Source of the DNA: Kudoa neothunni | Lineage: Eukaryota; Animalia; Cnidaria | NCBI GenBank assembly: GCA_964304625.1 | Contig: OZ199840.1 | Location: forward strand, 3,882,490-3,946,489 | Length of the DNA stretch: 64,000 nucleotides | Direction of reading: 5' to 3' | Part shown: piece after piece, positions 1 to 14,108 of the stretch | Numbering within the stretch: position 1 is the stretch's first letter | Layout of the letters: every line of letters begins with the position of its first letter | Made by a program: the position numbers and the translations under genes | Notes under the pieces: model-generated | What the model saw: only the letters and a program-made list of their open reading frames with translations | The model's database searches: none | Told to the model about the DNA's origin: nothing

Positions 1-341
1 AGTTGATGAAATTATTGGTTATTATATACATCCAAACAAATACTACGTAACTACTGTTATTTTATATTTAAATAATTATCAGCAATAAGTAATAATATGA
101 GGTAATTCAATGTTAATATGTTATTTTCAAAAATTGGTATAGAGAAGAACAATTTCAACATTCGAAAAAACGCATTTGAGGGATCAAAGTTAGGATGTGT
201 ATTATTTAATCCTCGAAAGAAGAGATTAAAAATTTAAATATTAAACACTGAAGTGTCTAACTTGAACAATTTTTTATAATTAAATGATTTAAAAATCCAT
301 ATATTATCAGAAATTAAATCAAAACTCAAAAAAACTCTTAC

Positions 342-3300
342 AGTTACGAAGAGTGATTTGATAGCCATTTGCTCAGCAAATCCCATGGATACAATGGAAT
401 CAATATGGGCGGAGTTTACGAAATTCCTAAGGTGAGAGTTGCAGGTGTATTTCTGATCTAATGGTTTGTATGCCTCTATAGGTTATTGAAAAATAAATAT
501 CAACCAAGAAAAATAGAATTTAACCAGGATTTTCTTGATTTTCAAGCACCCAGCTAACAGCAGCCTCAACATCTCCAGATCCCAGTGTGAAAAGAGCATT
601 TTCGCATAGATTTTTATTGAATCCAAGCGAAAGAAGTTGGTTTAGGGTTTCGCTATTGATTTCGGGAATATCTAAAAAAAGTCATAATAATGAGTTGTCT
701 AATTATGCATCAAGATACCGTTTTGTGTTGGATTGTTTTTTGACTTTATCTCGCCATGATAATCAGAAATCAACGAACTCAGATTTATGATTTGGGGCAT
801 AACAACATCATAATCTGTGGAAGAATAGAATTATAAAAATCATGAGAAATAAATTATAGGGAGTTAAAATACCCAATTTTACAGGGAAATTATCTTTAAT
901 CGTATAACGACACACTATAGCCACAAGATATTTGGGGAATGTATGAAATCGTGTCTTAGAATAACGCACACCATGCCCACCGATATCTTCACAATGCTCT
1001 CTTATGACATAATTCAATGACACATCCCAAGGAATGGTTTTTCTAGCGGTTTCATTCGATTGGCTGTTACATGCATAAGATTACGTTTGACAATTAGAAA
1101 ATATAAACTTTTCGTTATTTTGATTGGCTGCAATATGATCAGCTTGGTTACGTGTGTTGGTGGATGCTGGTGACGAATAATTAAAACGAATCCTCAAATA
1201 ATTGATAAATATACAAGGTAATAATTGAGCATTCTTCGTATCCAATACAACGTTTAAAAATATCTCTGATGACAACGAAAATGTCTCCTCGTTTTGCTGT
1301 CTGAATGAATTTGCGCCGGAACCATCAATCGAACCAACTTTTCTGATAGAATTATGAACCTTAAGCATAATTGACGTTATCAACAGAAATAAATATATGT
1401 GAATATAGTTTTTAAACCACAATAAACAATTATTAAAGTTAGTGAACCAAGGTTCCGTAACACTCTTACAAATTGGAATCGTAATTTTAGATTAAAGTCG
1501 ATTTTAATCGTCGAATTTTTAAAAAAGTTTCGACGTTTATTTTTCAGGAAAATCCGATATCTCCTGAATAACTTAAAAGGAATAATAACTGGAGAAAAAT
1601 TGACTCCAATTTTTTTGATAAAAGTTTTTTAAAAATTGATTAATATTTATTGCAAAAATATTGGCGAATTCTATGGACAAAATTTTGAATAAACAGCAAA
1701 ATAACACTGTAACGTATATTCACATGCGTCACATAATTAGAAAAATGTCTTCATCTCGTGAGTAGAGAGGTAGCCTCTTCGATTTCGATGACGATGAGTC
1801 AGAAATTGATTACTTAAATTATATTAAATCTTCTTCCGATATTTCAAATAAAAATTAAAATGTGTCAAGTGGATTATTATTTGACAAAATGGAATTTTGT
1901 GGACCACTGAGAAGTCTATTCCCCCTAGAATCTAGCACAGGAGTCGAGAATTTTATGAAAAATAATGTCCTATTGTTTATCCTTTTGTATATAACAACGT
2001 AAACGAAATGAATGATACTTTTTGGATATTTTTCAGCCAAACAATATACGAAATTATTTTTAAATTTACGAACCAATTTAAGGAATGTTATTTCGATGGT
2101 AACTGGAAAACATTAAATCACGTAAAATTGAAACTATGCGCTATTAAAAGCAATCCAAAAATACAAGGAAGAACCAATTTCAGAGTTATATAGAGTGGAT
2201 GAAAGGAGAAACATTCGGTGAGATCTCGTTTCATTAAAAAGATTTGGGGAAATTACTAGACTCCTTAATTTTGATGGCAAAGATAGTAGGAAAAAATGGC
2301 AAATTTTGTCACGTACGTGATCTTTAAACTCATTGGGTTTATTAATACCTCGTTGTTTCCTCTCATTTGAAAATGTATGTATAGATGACCGATTAGTATC
2401 ATTTAGTCATTTAGGGGATGCGGTCCCTTTAAACGATACATGCCAAGCAAACCTGCTAGGTATGGCATATAATTTTTTCTCATGGTTTATTTGAAATAAA
2501 CATATACGAAAAGCACTGATACTTATTTGGAGAACGAAATAATATCAGTAGGGTGATAAATGTTGGGAAAACAATTATGACAAAGTTGCTAGGTTCATGT
2601 CATGGCATGGATCTGGTAGAAATTTGATATGTGACAACTTCTTCACTTATGTTGAAATAACAGGAGAATTATTGACGAGAAAACCGACCATGATTGGTAC
2701 GATTCGTACCAATATAGAATAGAGGATATCCCACCTTATTTACATCCATCGTAAAATTCTTCTATTAGTTCTACGCTCCTTGTATTTAGCAGAAAGGAAA
2801 TGATATCTAGTTGTTTACCAAGAGTAAAAAACGTACATGTTCTTTGCACGTCCGCATCGAACACCCAAATCTCGTCGGATGAACCATTCAAACCTAACAT
2901 TATTCTACAATACAACAGAACCAAAGGAGGGGTTGACACAATCACAAGATTACTAGAATCTTTCAGTGTTAAGAGGTTTATTCAATTTTTATTCTCTGGT
3001 TGTGTTTTTTGGTATGGTAGACTAACGTTAATAAATATACTTTTTATTTATAAATAATCGTATAATTTATACATGCTCACTAGGAAGAAATTTTTGGAAT
3101 TAATGGTTCATGAGATGAACAAAAAAAGTAATTATGGAAAAGAAGAAAAAATTTCATCCAAGCATTATTCCGCTTAACAATATTTCTATGATAACAGAAA
3201 TAAATTTACCTAAAGATGCGAATTATGTAAGAAAGAATGATAGAAAAACTCCAAACAATGCTTATTTTATTGAAATTCATGCTTTAGAGAACTATACAAA

Positions 3301-5114
3301 CATATCTGTAACAAATATTGGAAGGAATGGCTTAATTTTGTTATTCACGTATGTTTTGTAGCGTTGAAAGACATTTCACTATATAAGGGTGATTGGCTGC
3401 ATTGATATTTAGTATTTTGTAGCTTCTCCATTTTTAATTAAAAAAAAGGTAAAACCGCATTCTCAAATATGATTTTCTTACAATAAATTATCAAGAATTC
3501 CCCCGGGTGCGCATATATAGTAAAATCACAATATTCTATGATTTATTCAAAATGTTATCTATAGAATTTTCTTAAGTAATCTCAATAAATATCACCCAAT
3601 AATTATATAACTAATATCAATAATGAACCTAAGCTAAATTTCGATCCCATTTTTATTTTGAAGGAGTAATTCTTCAAGCTACTTCAAAAATTGAAATAAA
3701 GTATTAATACGAAAATTTATTAAGATTCCTCAATCTTAAGTTTTATAACACAGGTTAACGATTGATAACAATTAATTACTCATATACATTTGAAAGGGAA
3801 TTTTTAAGTTGTAACTTTAAGAGTGTTTGATCACATTGATTGAAATAATAATTATAAGGTAGGATTTTATAAAATTACTTGGTGTTTAAAAAAGTAGCTA
3901 ATATCGATTGGATCATTTATGCTTGAGGGGATTTCCTAGCAGCAGCAACAACAACATATCATTTGAATGAATATGTTATAATTAAAAAGTAGTAAACCAA
4001 CCTTTTGTATTTCCTCCAGTTGTTGAATTAAGAATAGCAGAAATTCGGCAACATCGTGCTGCTCACTTCCATAGAATACCGAGCCTTTCGGGAATAGGGA
4101 GTTCTTCAGGGCATAAGGTCTGATGGCAGATGGTGGTATTTCGCCATTGTCGCTCGGAGGTTGGCTATATCTACCGGATTCTAGACTGTACACCAATTTG
4201 TATCTATATAATAGAATCGATCGATTAGTTGGTAGAGACGCCATCATCTCCTTTAAATATTCAGCAACGAACCATACATTTGGAATAGTGGATTGGACCA
4301 ATATGAGCGGTCGTAATCTGGGAACACATCAACGGGGTCATGATTAAATCTAAACATCAATTAGGAATTGCCTAACCAAGATCAAAATACTGATTTTTGA
4401 ATTCATCAATAGTGCACAATAACTGGAAAAGGGAGGACATGTAACAACTATAGATTTGGTATTAGTGGAAGGAGGGGAACACACGTTAAAATTAACCTAT
4501 TCCCCAGATTGCAAATTCCTGTGAAGCCGGGGCCAAAAGCTGGTTCCAAACGAGTGCCATTCTCCTAATAACGATTAATGAGATGGCATTGATTTATTAC
4601 AAACCAATATAAAATCGTTCTCAAAGTTTAGCTTTTTATTGGCCTCCAAATTTAGTTCACACATGGTCTTTTCGGTGACAGCCAAAGTAGACATATCGAT
4701 GTTAAAATGTCGTAGATGTTTTTCCAAATTCAAATCCACCACCATATCATCCTCCTCGTAGGAGTATACATCTAAAAATAAAATAGACCGATTGTTAGCT
4801 ATCATCTCAACGTCTAGTACTAAAGTCTACAGTCAGTGACCGGCTGTACGGGGTTTATAAAAAAACAATACAATTCGAATAATTTTTTTATAATAAATAA
4901 AGAATACGTTATTAAATAATGTAGATTTAAATAATATACTAAGTTTGTATAATTTCCAAAATAACAATCCCATGACTACTTTATTTTTCGAATTTTTAAG
5001 GCGACTTAAAAAATAGATACATTAAATTTAATAATTGAAATAAAATATTTAATAAAAATATAAAAACAATAAAATTTACATAGTATAATTTACAATAGTT
5101 ACATTATACATTTA

Positions 5115-5145
<31 letters not shown>

Positions 5146-7315
5146 TTAAGTTCGAGAATTTTCCAGATAACAATGCCATAAGTGCTTGATTGTACATACT
5201 ATATTGCCATATTGTCGAAACAACAACTTAATCAGGACTAATCGTTTAAAAAATAAATGAGATAACAATATTTAATAAAAATATAATTACTTGAATTTAT
5301 AATAAGTAAATAATATTTTTTGATATATTTATCCGATAATTTAGATTTAAATTGTAAAATTTCCCCAATCGTGATCACGTGACTGATTAATTTTACGCAT
5401 TTTTTCATCAAATATTTGTAAAAATAGAAAAATTACGTGCAATTGTTGAAAACTAACTAACAAACAGAATTAATCGCGATGAAAAATGATAAAATAATTT
5501 CGAGGTATTCCCAAAAGTGGCCCAACATCCGTTACTACTGTAAAGCACTTTAACATACATATACTCCATTTCCAGCCTTAACCTTAATTAGGTCTTAGTC
5601 TTAAATTACGAAATTAAAATTGGACAAATGTTTATAAACTATTATTAATTATCATCCTTTATTAATTTATTGAAGGTAGTTTAAAAATTTGATATTTTTA
5701 AAAAAGGTCGACCATTCTCGCGACCATAAATAATTCAAATTTCTTCAACGAACACTGTAGGATTCAAACAAATTATTTAAATAAAAAATATTTATCTTCC
5801 TCAATATATGCATCTAAATTATTAAATAATTATGTAATCGCTACACACACGCGCCACTCAGCAAATCGAATTATACGTGCCCAATTTCGCACACTTTTCC
5901 CACTATCTCAAGAAAATTTCTTAAAAAATAGCTATTCTCATAGTAACTAATGTTCAATTCTCATTAATATAGACTATATTTAATTATTTATGACCCACCG
6001 CTTCACACCTAGTTGTTAGATATGATTAAATATAGAAGATTCAAAACAACTCAATCTACACTTAGTTTTTGAGTAAGAATGGATGGAATTAAAAATCGTC
6101 AGCACATATGGGTACATGTCATTTAGGATTAAAATTTAACAAAGTAAATAGCTTCTGCCTTTGCGTAAAACCGGTTAACCACTGTATTATTCATTTATCA
6201 TTATAATACCGGCGCCAGTTTTGCAGATTGTTCCCAATTTTACTGCTAAAGGGTAGTTGGTTTTTTTATAGTGTTCAATTGCATGATTATTGCCGCCGGA
6301 TCCTAACGAAAACAAGTCAATTAGTACGATTGATATCGAAAAAACCGATATTACCATCGAAATATTTTCTCCCACACAATATTTTCCCATCAGTTAAATT
6401 AAACCAGAGATTATCTCGTACATCACAATATTCGCATTTGATTTCACTACAACGGTTCAAGTTCAGTAATAACACGATATAGATTAGTTGAATTTAATCA
6501 CTCTAATTGAGGCAGAACATAATCCTTGGTCAAGGGTAATTGTTCTAAGCAATCAGAATACCTACGAAGATTAGATATTGGATTACAATAAAAAGTAATT
6601 AATATTTAAAAAGCTACTTGGACACAGAACGACTTTCACCGTCCCAGCAATTGTTAAGTAGAAACATTTGAGTTTGAGTGGAGCATTTATTTAGTATGGC
6701 ATCAACAGTGTCATTGATCTGAATAGCACAGTTGAAATATTTTGCTAATCAGCCTATTCGAAATACTGATTTCGGTTGGGACTCTTTCACATAGGGTTGT
6801 TTGCACAGTCTCATCTCATTATCAACATAGCATAAATTGTACTCGTAAGTGTACTGTTGCTAGATAGGAAGTTTCAGCGTGCATCATCGGTACACACTAT
6901 ATAGCTTACTGAAATATCACATCCACCATCCATTCCAATTGCGATTTTTTTCAACCCACACTCATTCTACATATTAACATTTAAAACCCACTGTCCGTAT
7001 GTACGTCATATTGGACAGTCACTTGAGTTGTTCGATGAGCACAGATGTTTAGCCAAAGATTGTCAAAACCAGATTTTTTGGGGAGTGTTACATGACGTTC
7101 ACAAAAACACTCCCAACTTTTCAAACACACATACACACCTCCTGGGAAACTCTAACCCAATAAAACCATTTGAAAATAAGTTGGTTAGAACCGAGATAAT
7201 TTATTACACTGTTGTCGTAGCAATAAACACATTGGTCCTTGTTGACAATGTCCTTGTAAGAGGGGCATTGTACATAGTCGTCAATTTGAAGGTTGTCAGC
7301 TTGCAAAAACTCCAT
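342..7315 (-). CDS. USP5: Ubiquitin-specific protease 5/13 (isopeptidase T), multi-exon; His-box exons not recognised in the window and probably lie beyond its left edge
   Basis: ATG at 7315 (MEFLQ..KDQCVYCYD). ZnF-UBP (CEYC..NLWFNLTDGKILCGRKYFD/GSGGNNHAIEHY, KLGTI, DVYSYEEDDMV). Cys box GFTGICNLGN/SCYM; EQHDVAEFL; TRFHTFPKYL. UBA1 (LNQLLSLGFNKNLCENAL..VEAAVSWVLE, ~540-660) and UBA2 (IDSIVSMGFAEQMAIKSL, ~342-427). Phase-compatible large introns at 1343-3878 and 4772-6209. USP5 vs USP13 orthology not resolved. Confidence 0.92.
1745..3330 (+). mobile_element. Degenerate piggyBac transposase inside a USP5 intron, antisense to the host gene
   Basis: Fragments match piggyBac motifs (CIDDRLVSF, YMPSKPARYG, ICDNFFT, KPNIILQYNRTKGGVDTI, C-terminal RCELC) but are broken by stops and frameshifts. 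TIRs not resolved. Confidence 0.85.
4830..6184. mobile_element. Non-autonomous TA-flanked Tc1/mariner/pogo-type element filling a USP5 intron
   Basis: Imperfect TIRs CAGTCAGTGACCGGCTGTACG (4830) and reverse-complement CAGTGGTTAACCGGTTTTACG (ending 6184), with TA on both sides. Related termini at 37600 and 46579. Confidence 0.7.
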
Positions 7316-8032
7316 CGTGCGCACGTTGAAACTAGATCGAGATGCGACACTGATTTGTTTTCTAGAATGAAACCGGTTATCTTATTGATTCAGTGCTTGC
7401 TGTTGTATGTTACCTATTTGTTAAATTTTTTGTTTGAAGAGTTAATTGGGTTAGGCTGGTGGCAAACTAGTACTAAATGATTAAAGAAATATGGCTTATT
7501 TGTTCTGCGGCAGGTCAGATCGGTTAAAATCGGTCGAATATGCAAAATATTTAATTTTTGTAGGTGTGGATTATTTTCAAATAAACAATCTAAGCCTATA
7601 AGAATGTTTTTGGGACCTTATAGATTAATTATATTTGGTGTGAAATCTCCCCACACACAACTATGTGTTTAAAAATAAATTATCTATTATTCACCTGGAA
7701 ATCGTAGATATGTATAGAAATTTTTAGGGCGTGTATTGGAAGATGATTCCAACCATTAGAATATCCTACCAGATTTAAACCTAATCTCCTCGGATGTGGC
7801 CGGGAAAACGTAATTTCGGTGACCTTTTTAATCAACTTGAGGTACAATAAAAAGAGTTTGTATTGTCCGGTGAACTTATCAAATCATTAAGCATAAATAT
7901 TTTGATTTGTGTACTATTAACACGCAGGTGTGAAAAATTGAGGATCGTGAAGTTTAGCTACGACAGTGGTGGTAGCAATAGTTGTGATTTAAATGTTGAA
8001 TTAGTTTATGTGGGAATTAGAGAACATTTCAA

Positions 8033-8797
8033 ATGTCAAAAGGACCGGATTTGATTATTCTTATGAGCGGTAAGCGAAAATGTGGTAAAGATTTTGTGGC
8101 CAGCCTGCTTCAACAACGGTCATTATTAGATTCCTGTCTTGCCTAAGAACGATTTTCTTTATAGATTTAAAGGTAGATGCGAATTGTTGCATCTATCCGA
8201 ACCAATAAAATCCCACTTTTCCAAGGTAGCACCACCAACTTTACTACTCTCACTCTCGGTGTGTGTGTGTGTCTGAGTGTGAATTAGATTTACAACTATG
8301 ACAAAGATGAGTTGATGAGCGACAAATCGTATAAAGAAAGAATTAGGAAAGAAATGATTGTTTGGGGCGAAAATCAACGCAAACTCTTGAATGACCCCTT
8401 TATTTTTTGTAGACAAGTCGTGGAAGGTGTGATTCGATCCGCTGATCATAATTCCAACTTTAAGCAATCTCCATGGATTTGGGTTATTGTAGATTGTCGA
8501 AGAAAACCCGATTTGGAATATTTCTACAACAATTTCCAATGTAAAATTATATCGCTAAGGATTTGGGCGTTGATGAAAGTGAGAATGGCTCGCGGCCTTG
8601 AATTAGACCCTCAAGTGGATGATGCGGAGAGTGAATGCGATCTTGACACCTATCAAAAGTGGGACTTTAGCATTGAAAACAATTGCACCCATTCATCAAC
8701 TGTTAACGTTGTTGATAGTTTGCCGACGTGTGATTGCTCATTTACAACGCAGTTGTCACAGTTGTTTAATTTTGTGGACAAAATTTGTAGTATCTGA
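8033..8797 (+). CDS. PMVK: Phosphomevalonate kinase (animal type), 3 exons
   Basis: MSKGPDLIILMSGKRKCGKDFVA P-loop, LSEPIK, YKERIRKEMIVWGE, DPFIFCR, IVDCRRKPD, VDDAESECDLD..WDFSIEN. Introns 8119-8164 and 8226-8288. Confidence 0.95.
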
Positions 8798-8975
8798 TCA
8801 TAAAATAAACTATATTTGTTCATAATTATTGAGAGTTTGTTTATGGTGGATTTTTATTGCAACCTATGTGTGGTTTTGTTATTGTTTGATTGGCGTCTAT
8901 TATTAATTCTTGACAGTTTAGTTGCGCTCGTGTTACCAAAAATTCTGTTCCACTTTATATATACGGTTAAACGAG

Positions 8976-11900
8976 ATGTTTTATAGTAACGATAGTCGTT
9001 TGGCTTGGATATGTTTAATATTTTTCAATGGTATTTATTGATTTTATTGTCGGATTTTCAATATGCTTGCCAACGATGATCATGTTTTGGTTGGACCATG
9101 AATTTATTGGTTGCTTGATTTAGTGGGATTGTTGTTGTTGTTGTTTGATGTTGGTGGGTGTATTGCTGTTGAAAATCGAAAAACCAAAAAGTCCATCGAT
9201 AACAACTCGCAGGATCAATGTATTCACGAAACGTTTGAAAATGAAGTAACATTCCAAGGTGGAATACATGCTGGCAACTACATCGACCAAGGAAAATTCC
9301 TAAGCGAATCTCAGTGTTTAGTATTTTATAGTTATACTGTATAATTAATCTAATAAATTATCTTGTAGAGCAAATGTTGTGATAACAACCTATGTGATGC
9401 TGTTTTTATGCTGAACAACTCGTGTTATTTGGTCACCTGTTCAACCATCGCTAGTTGCACCCTTCAGAAAGCTAAACCCTCACAACTCAACCCCAAAATC
9501 GCGTTTGTTACTCGATGGAATTCTGAGGGTGTCAGAAGAACATGTAATCATGCAATCTACTATTTTACTGATTGAATTTCCAATTAATGTAGTGTTTGGT
9601 GATGATCGCCAACTGCCTTGGAACAATAATACCTGCCCAAAATTAACCCCGCTAAATGATGTCACTCTTAAAAATGGACTGGAGGCCGGCATTTTTACCG
9701 ACTCCGGTAAAACCAACTCGCTCGACGATTGCTATAATGTGTGCTGTCAACGAAAAGATTGCAATATGGCATTTCTACTGGCTGACAATTGTTTCACTAT
9801 CAAATGTCATAAAACTGTCACCGCCATCATCAACATGAACAAGGTGCAGGTGTGTGAGACCGATAAGGCCGTTGCTTCCTCCTTCAGTCCAAAGGCTGCT
9901 CATGTTTACTCGAGGTGAGTTATTAGTATTTTATTTTAGCTAAGATAAAAAAAATATTAGTTAAAATAATTCAATAAATAGCGATATTTTAAATTATTTA
10001 GACTAAATGTTAATGATTATTTTTAGGATAATGGCGAGTGGTGGTGAATCTCCAGGCTACGCGCTATATTACCCTCCCGATTCAAATCTAGCTTCTACTC
10101 CAACACCCTACAATCCGTATGAAAACAAAGAATGGCAACAATCCTCTCAAAACTCGGATTCATTCTATATGGGCAACAACAACCCCTACCAATACCATCG
10201 TATTTTTTGAATATATTCTAAATATTTTACGTCCATTAATCTTTATAGCTTTAAATACTCCTCAAATCGTTGCTCCTTATCAATCTAACGATCTACAAAT
10301 GGCTAATCAATATAATCCTAACTATGCTAATCAATTCTCAGCGATGCCAAACAACCACAATAATCCTGAGGTCAATAATCAGAACATTCTGGAGGCATCT
10401 CAAAAGGACAACTCCTACCAAAATATGGATAACATCAAAGATGTTATGGATAAATACAATGGCTTCATGTTCTCCCCAAATATTGGATTTTTGCCGTTGA
10501 ATGATTTGAAAAATATCACAGACGTTCCATCTCCATCATACAACAATAACCCCGGCGATAATGTTAGTGCACATGCTATTGATAATAATGTCGCGAATTT
10601 TGAATGCCCTTTCACCAGAATTTTTGACAACAGTTTCTTGCATGTAATATTGAGGATATGTTAGGAACGCGGTGGCTAAGAGTGATTTTAGGATAAACAA
10701 AATGCCGGAAAATATGAGGAGATGCCAACCTCATCAACTACTAATATTTTCATCTGTCAACAACTGTGTTGCCAAGATAACAATTGTGACGCTGTAGTGG
10801 TGATTGAAACCAAATGTTACAAGGTTCAATGTTGGTCGTTGGAATCGTGCAAACTTCAACCAAATACGCCAACAACTTCTAACTCCATTGGATGGCAAGT
10901 ATTTCTCTAATGTAAAATTACTCAACTGGATCCCTCTTTTTAGATAGTGTACGTAAGAAATGCACAGACTAAAGAAATTCTAAAGGATGCCAATGAAATT
11001 TCAGTATATGAAGGTGCTGCTACTCTTTCGACAAATTATCCCGCAGATAAATCTATAGAGAATAGCAGCAGTTCTAATGTGAATCCCAATCAAGAAGGTA
11101 TGCGTAACGAATTTTGACGCTTTTTATTGGTTTTTAGCGTTACCACTCTCCAAGTCGGACTATTACGCCTATAGAAACATGCCCTCTACCGAAAATACAC
11201 TGACAGATTCCAATATCCATCCACCTTCAATTGCTATCACTGATGACGAAATCAAAACTATAAATATTTCGGAAAAGGAATCCTGTACCACCTCAATGGT
11301 CTACAAGGATTCGACCATAGTTGGAGGGAAGGAAGCTGGCACAATGATGAAACTAGCTGACAACTCTAACATTGAGACGTGTGCCAAACTGTGCTGTTCC
11401 ACACCTCTTAAGAAGGACTCCGCACACAGCAAAACCTGTCATGTGGCACTTATGATCGACTCCGAATGCTACGGCATCAACTGCAATAGCAAAGAACTAT
11501 GTGCTCCAACAAAAGACAAGGGCAAAACAACCACAAAAAGTTTGATTATCGTTCGAAACATTACCAATTCATCATCATTATCATCAAAAATTATGACTTT
11601 AACTAGCAGCAGTGATCATAACGATCAACAAAAAGAAGAGAATATTCAAAAACCTGATAGTCATGATCAGATGACATCGCCTACAACTACGACGCCAACT
11701 AAAACCACTATTGCGTCATCATCTACAACCGCAACTAGTAGCGAAAATAACAGCAGCATTTCTGATAATATTGACCTACATCAAAATTGCTATCATGAAA
11801 CCATCACCAAAAATAAAACATTAGTAGCTGTAGCAATGATCAATAACTCCTTGTCCCTTTCTAGCGAAGGAATCGATAAAGCTATAAAAGAACTAGCTAG

Positions 11901-12484
11901 TGGCGTGAGTAGTATGGAAAGATGTGTCCAACTCTGCTGTGATAACATCCCATGTGAAGCCGCAGTGTTACAGAAGAAACGTTGTCTTTCAATTGAATGC
12001 TCAACCAGTCCATCCTTGTGTAAAACAACCAATAACCCAAATCCTCACCACAACGACGAACATCCTCAAGTATTTATTGTCAAAAGAAACACCATTCCAA
12101 TGGAAGGGAACAAACTATCAGCCCAAGAAAATGGTTATAAAAGTATCTGACGAGATTTTTTTAAAAATAATTTTTGCAACATTGATTAGAAAATGATTTG
12201 TGGATAATGGCGGGAGTCGGATGCTTGGCCGTAGCAGTGATGGCTTTTTCTGTTTTTAGCGTTGCTTTTTACAGAAAGAATTACCTGTAATTTAGGATGT
12301 TATTGTAATTTCAACTTATTACTTTTAAAATGATAGCAAAAGAAAAAACAAACCAAGAAAGCATGCCAAAATGCCAAAAATTTTGGATACTCATCAACAG
12401 CGAAGACCTTCGAGTATTTTCCCTACGGAAGAAAACATACTTGAAGAATTACTTAGCAAAGGTAATTTCAATAAAATCTCTTGA
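8976..12484 (+). CDS. Type I membrane protein with five MANEC/MANSC (PAN-like) Cys domains and S/T/N-rich linkers
   Basis: Spliced hydrophobic N-terminus MFYSNDSRLAWICLIFFN|VGLLLLLF. Five repeats of C..(GG..AG)..C...CC....C....(L/M)...C....C. TM segment LWIMAGVGCLAVAVMAFSVFSVAFY followed by a basic tail KRKNKPRK. Stop at 12482-12484. Confidence 0.8.
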
Positions 12485-13256
12485 TTTTGTTCCACATTGT
12501 TATAAAAATATTAAATAAATAAATTGAAATGGTTGCGGATATTGTTTAAAAATAAATTATTAGCTTAATTAGGCATTAACATTTTTAAGAATTATTTTAT
12601 ACAATTTAATGTCTTTATTTAAAATGAGTTTTTATATTTTTTAGTATATTACTTTTATCGAATTATCATTGTAACTTTGGACTTAAAATATTTTCATTTT
12701 TTTACAATTTCTTTAATAATAGTCGATTGATAAATAATTAATTAAGGTAATGATTCCAATTATTCTTAAAGAATCCGAAAATTCTAGTGGTTTGATAATA
12801 ATCAAGTTTTATGATTTAATTATTAATGCAAAGTATTTATTCTCTTTTCATAATTAATTGAATTTCCTATATGCAATACATCGCAGCTACATTAATAGTA
12901 TTTCTCGATAAATAAACAGTTTATTTATTATTTTAATATTATATCGATATTTTGTTTAAAATTGAATATTAAATATTATTCCACCTACAACCATTTCAAT
13001 GACAATGACAAATATTATTTTTAAGTTAAAAATCAATCTTAATGCACACTAAAAAATTACTAATTCATTCTTTAGCTTCAAAATCACGCCACATAAAACC
13101 ATCATCAATGAAACATTACAAAAAATAAAAATCAATAAGTTGTATAAATTTTCCATATAATTATTCGGTTACTTGAAATGAGTATTTTTTATATTCACGT
13201 GTATTTTTTCTCGCAGAGAAATAGCCAGAGGGCGCATTTGTAAAATAATCGAATAA

Positions 13257-14108
13257 TCATCTAATGGGTTTGTTTTTTTCTTTTATCATACACAACAGAC
13301 GATAAAACCTAACCACCTCGTCGTTGTAAAACATTCTTCTCCATATAAAATAGGATTCATTTTTCACATTCAACTGATACCAAATGTATAGCGAAGATTG
13401 TGGAAAACTACCTCCAAGGTTATAACGTTTAAAGCTAAAATCATCCACATCGCAATCGACGATTGTTTCCTCACCAAAAAAACTATATAGAAAAATTCTA
13501 AGCTTATTGTTCCTTGTGCAATAGAATATTTTTCCTATTGATTTTTTACGAATTAATAATATCGAACAGTAGGTTGAGTTTATAATCAAACTAGCCACTC
13601 GTGTAAGTAACACTTTTGAGTACTCAGTATCAGGTTCTGCTGTATTCCATTTGTACTGTGTTATCAGCGACAAAAGATTACAGAGTATCGATGCGTTACA
13701 AAGATGATCAAATTTTCGATCAGCTACCGAGGAAAACGGATGATAAAATACATTTTTGTATTCGTAACAGGTCGAATCATTTGACAATACTAAGTTCAAA
13801 GGTTGAGGTCTTCCTACATCATTTTGATATAAATTGATAGTGTTTTCGATTTTGCCCGAAAGAGAAACCAATTCTGAATATTTTGAATTTGGCACCCAAA
13901 TGCGAGGAGTTTTTAGGAAACGTCTTCCGCCAATTGATAATTTCATGTTATGTCGCTTAAAAAATGGATCAACTGGTTTCATTATTAAATCCTCAAAAAA
14001 TTTATTGTTTAAAAATATCCAATCTCCATAAATGTTTTCCTCGTCGATGTTCGTCTTTTCTCGTATAGAGTAAAACATCGTCGTTAACCCAATGAATCTA
14101 TAATTCAA
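13257..14108 (-). CDS. Hypothetical protein (283-codon open frame, probably an exon of a lineage-specific gene)
   Basis: Long stop-free frame in about 70% AT DNA. No ATG at its start and no recognised motif. Confidence 0.5.
   Translation of the reverse strand: MNYRFIGLTTMFYSIREKTNIDEENIYGDWIFLNNKFFEDLIMKPVDPFFKRHNMKLSIGGRRFLKTPRIWVPNSKYSELVSLSGKIENTINLYQNDVGRPQPLNLVLSNDSTCYEYKNVFYHPFSSVADRKFDHLCNASILCNLLSLITQYKWNTAEPDTEYSKVLLTRVASLIINSTYCSILLIRKKSIGKIFYCTRNNKLRIFLYSFFGEETIVDCDVDDFSFKRYNLGGSFPQSSLYIWYQLNVKNESYFIWRRMFYNDEVVRFYRLLCMIKEKNKPIR

Noticed and set aside
7028-7480. 150-aa plus-strand ORF
   Set aside because: Antisense to USP5 exons 1-2.
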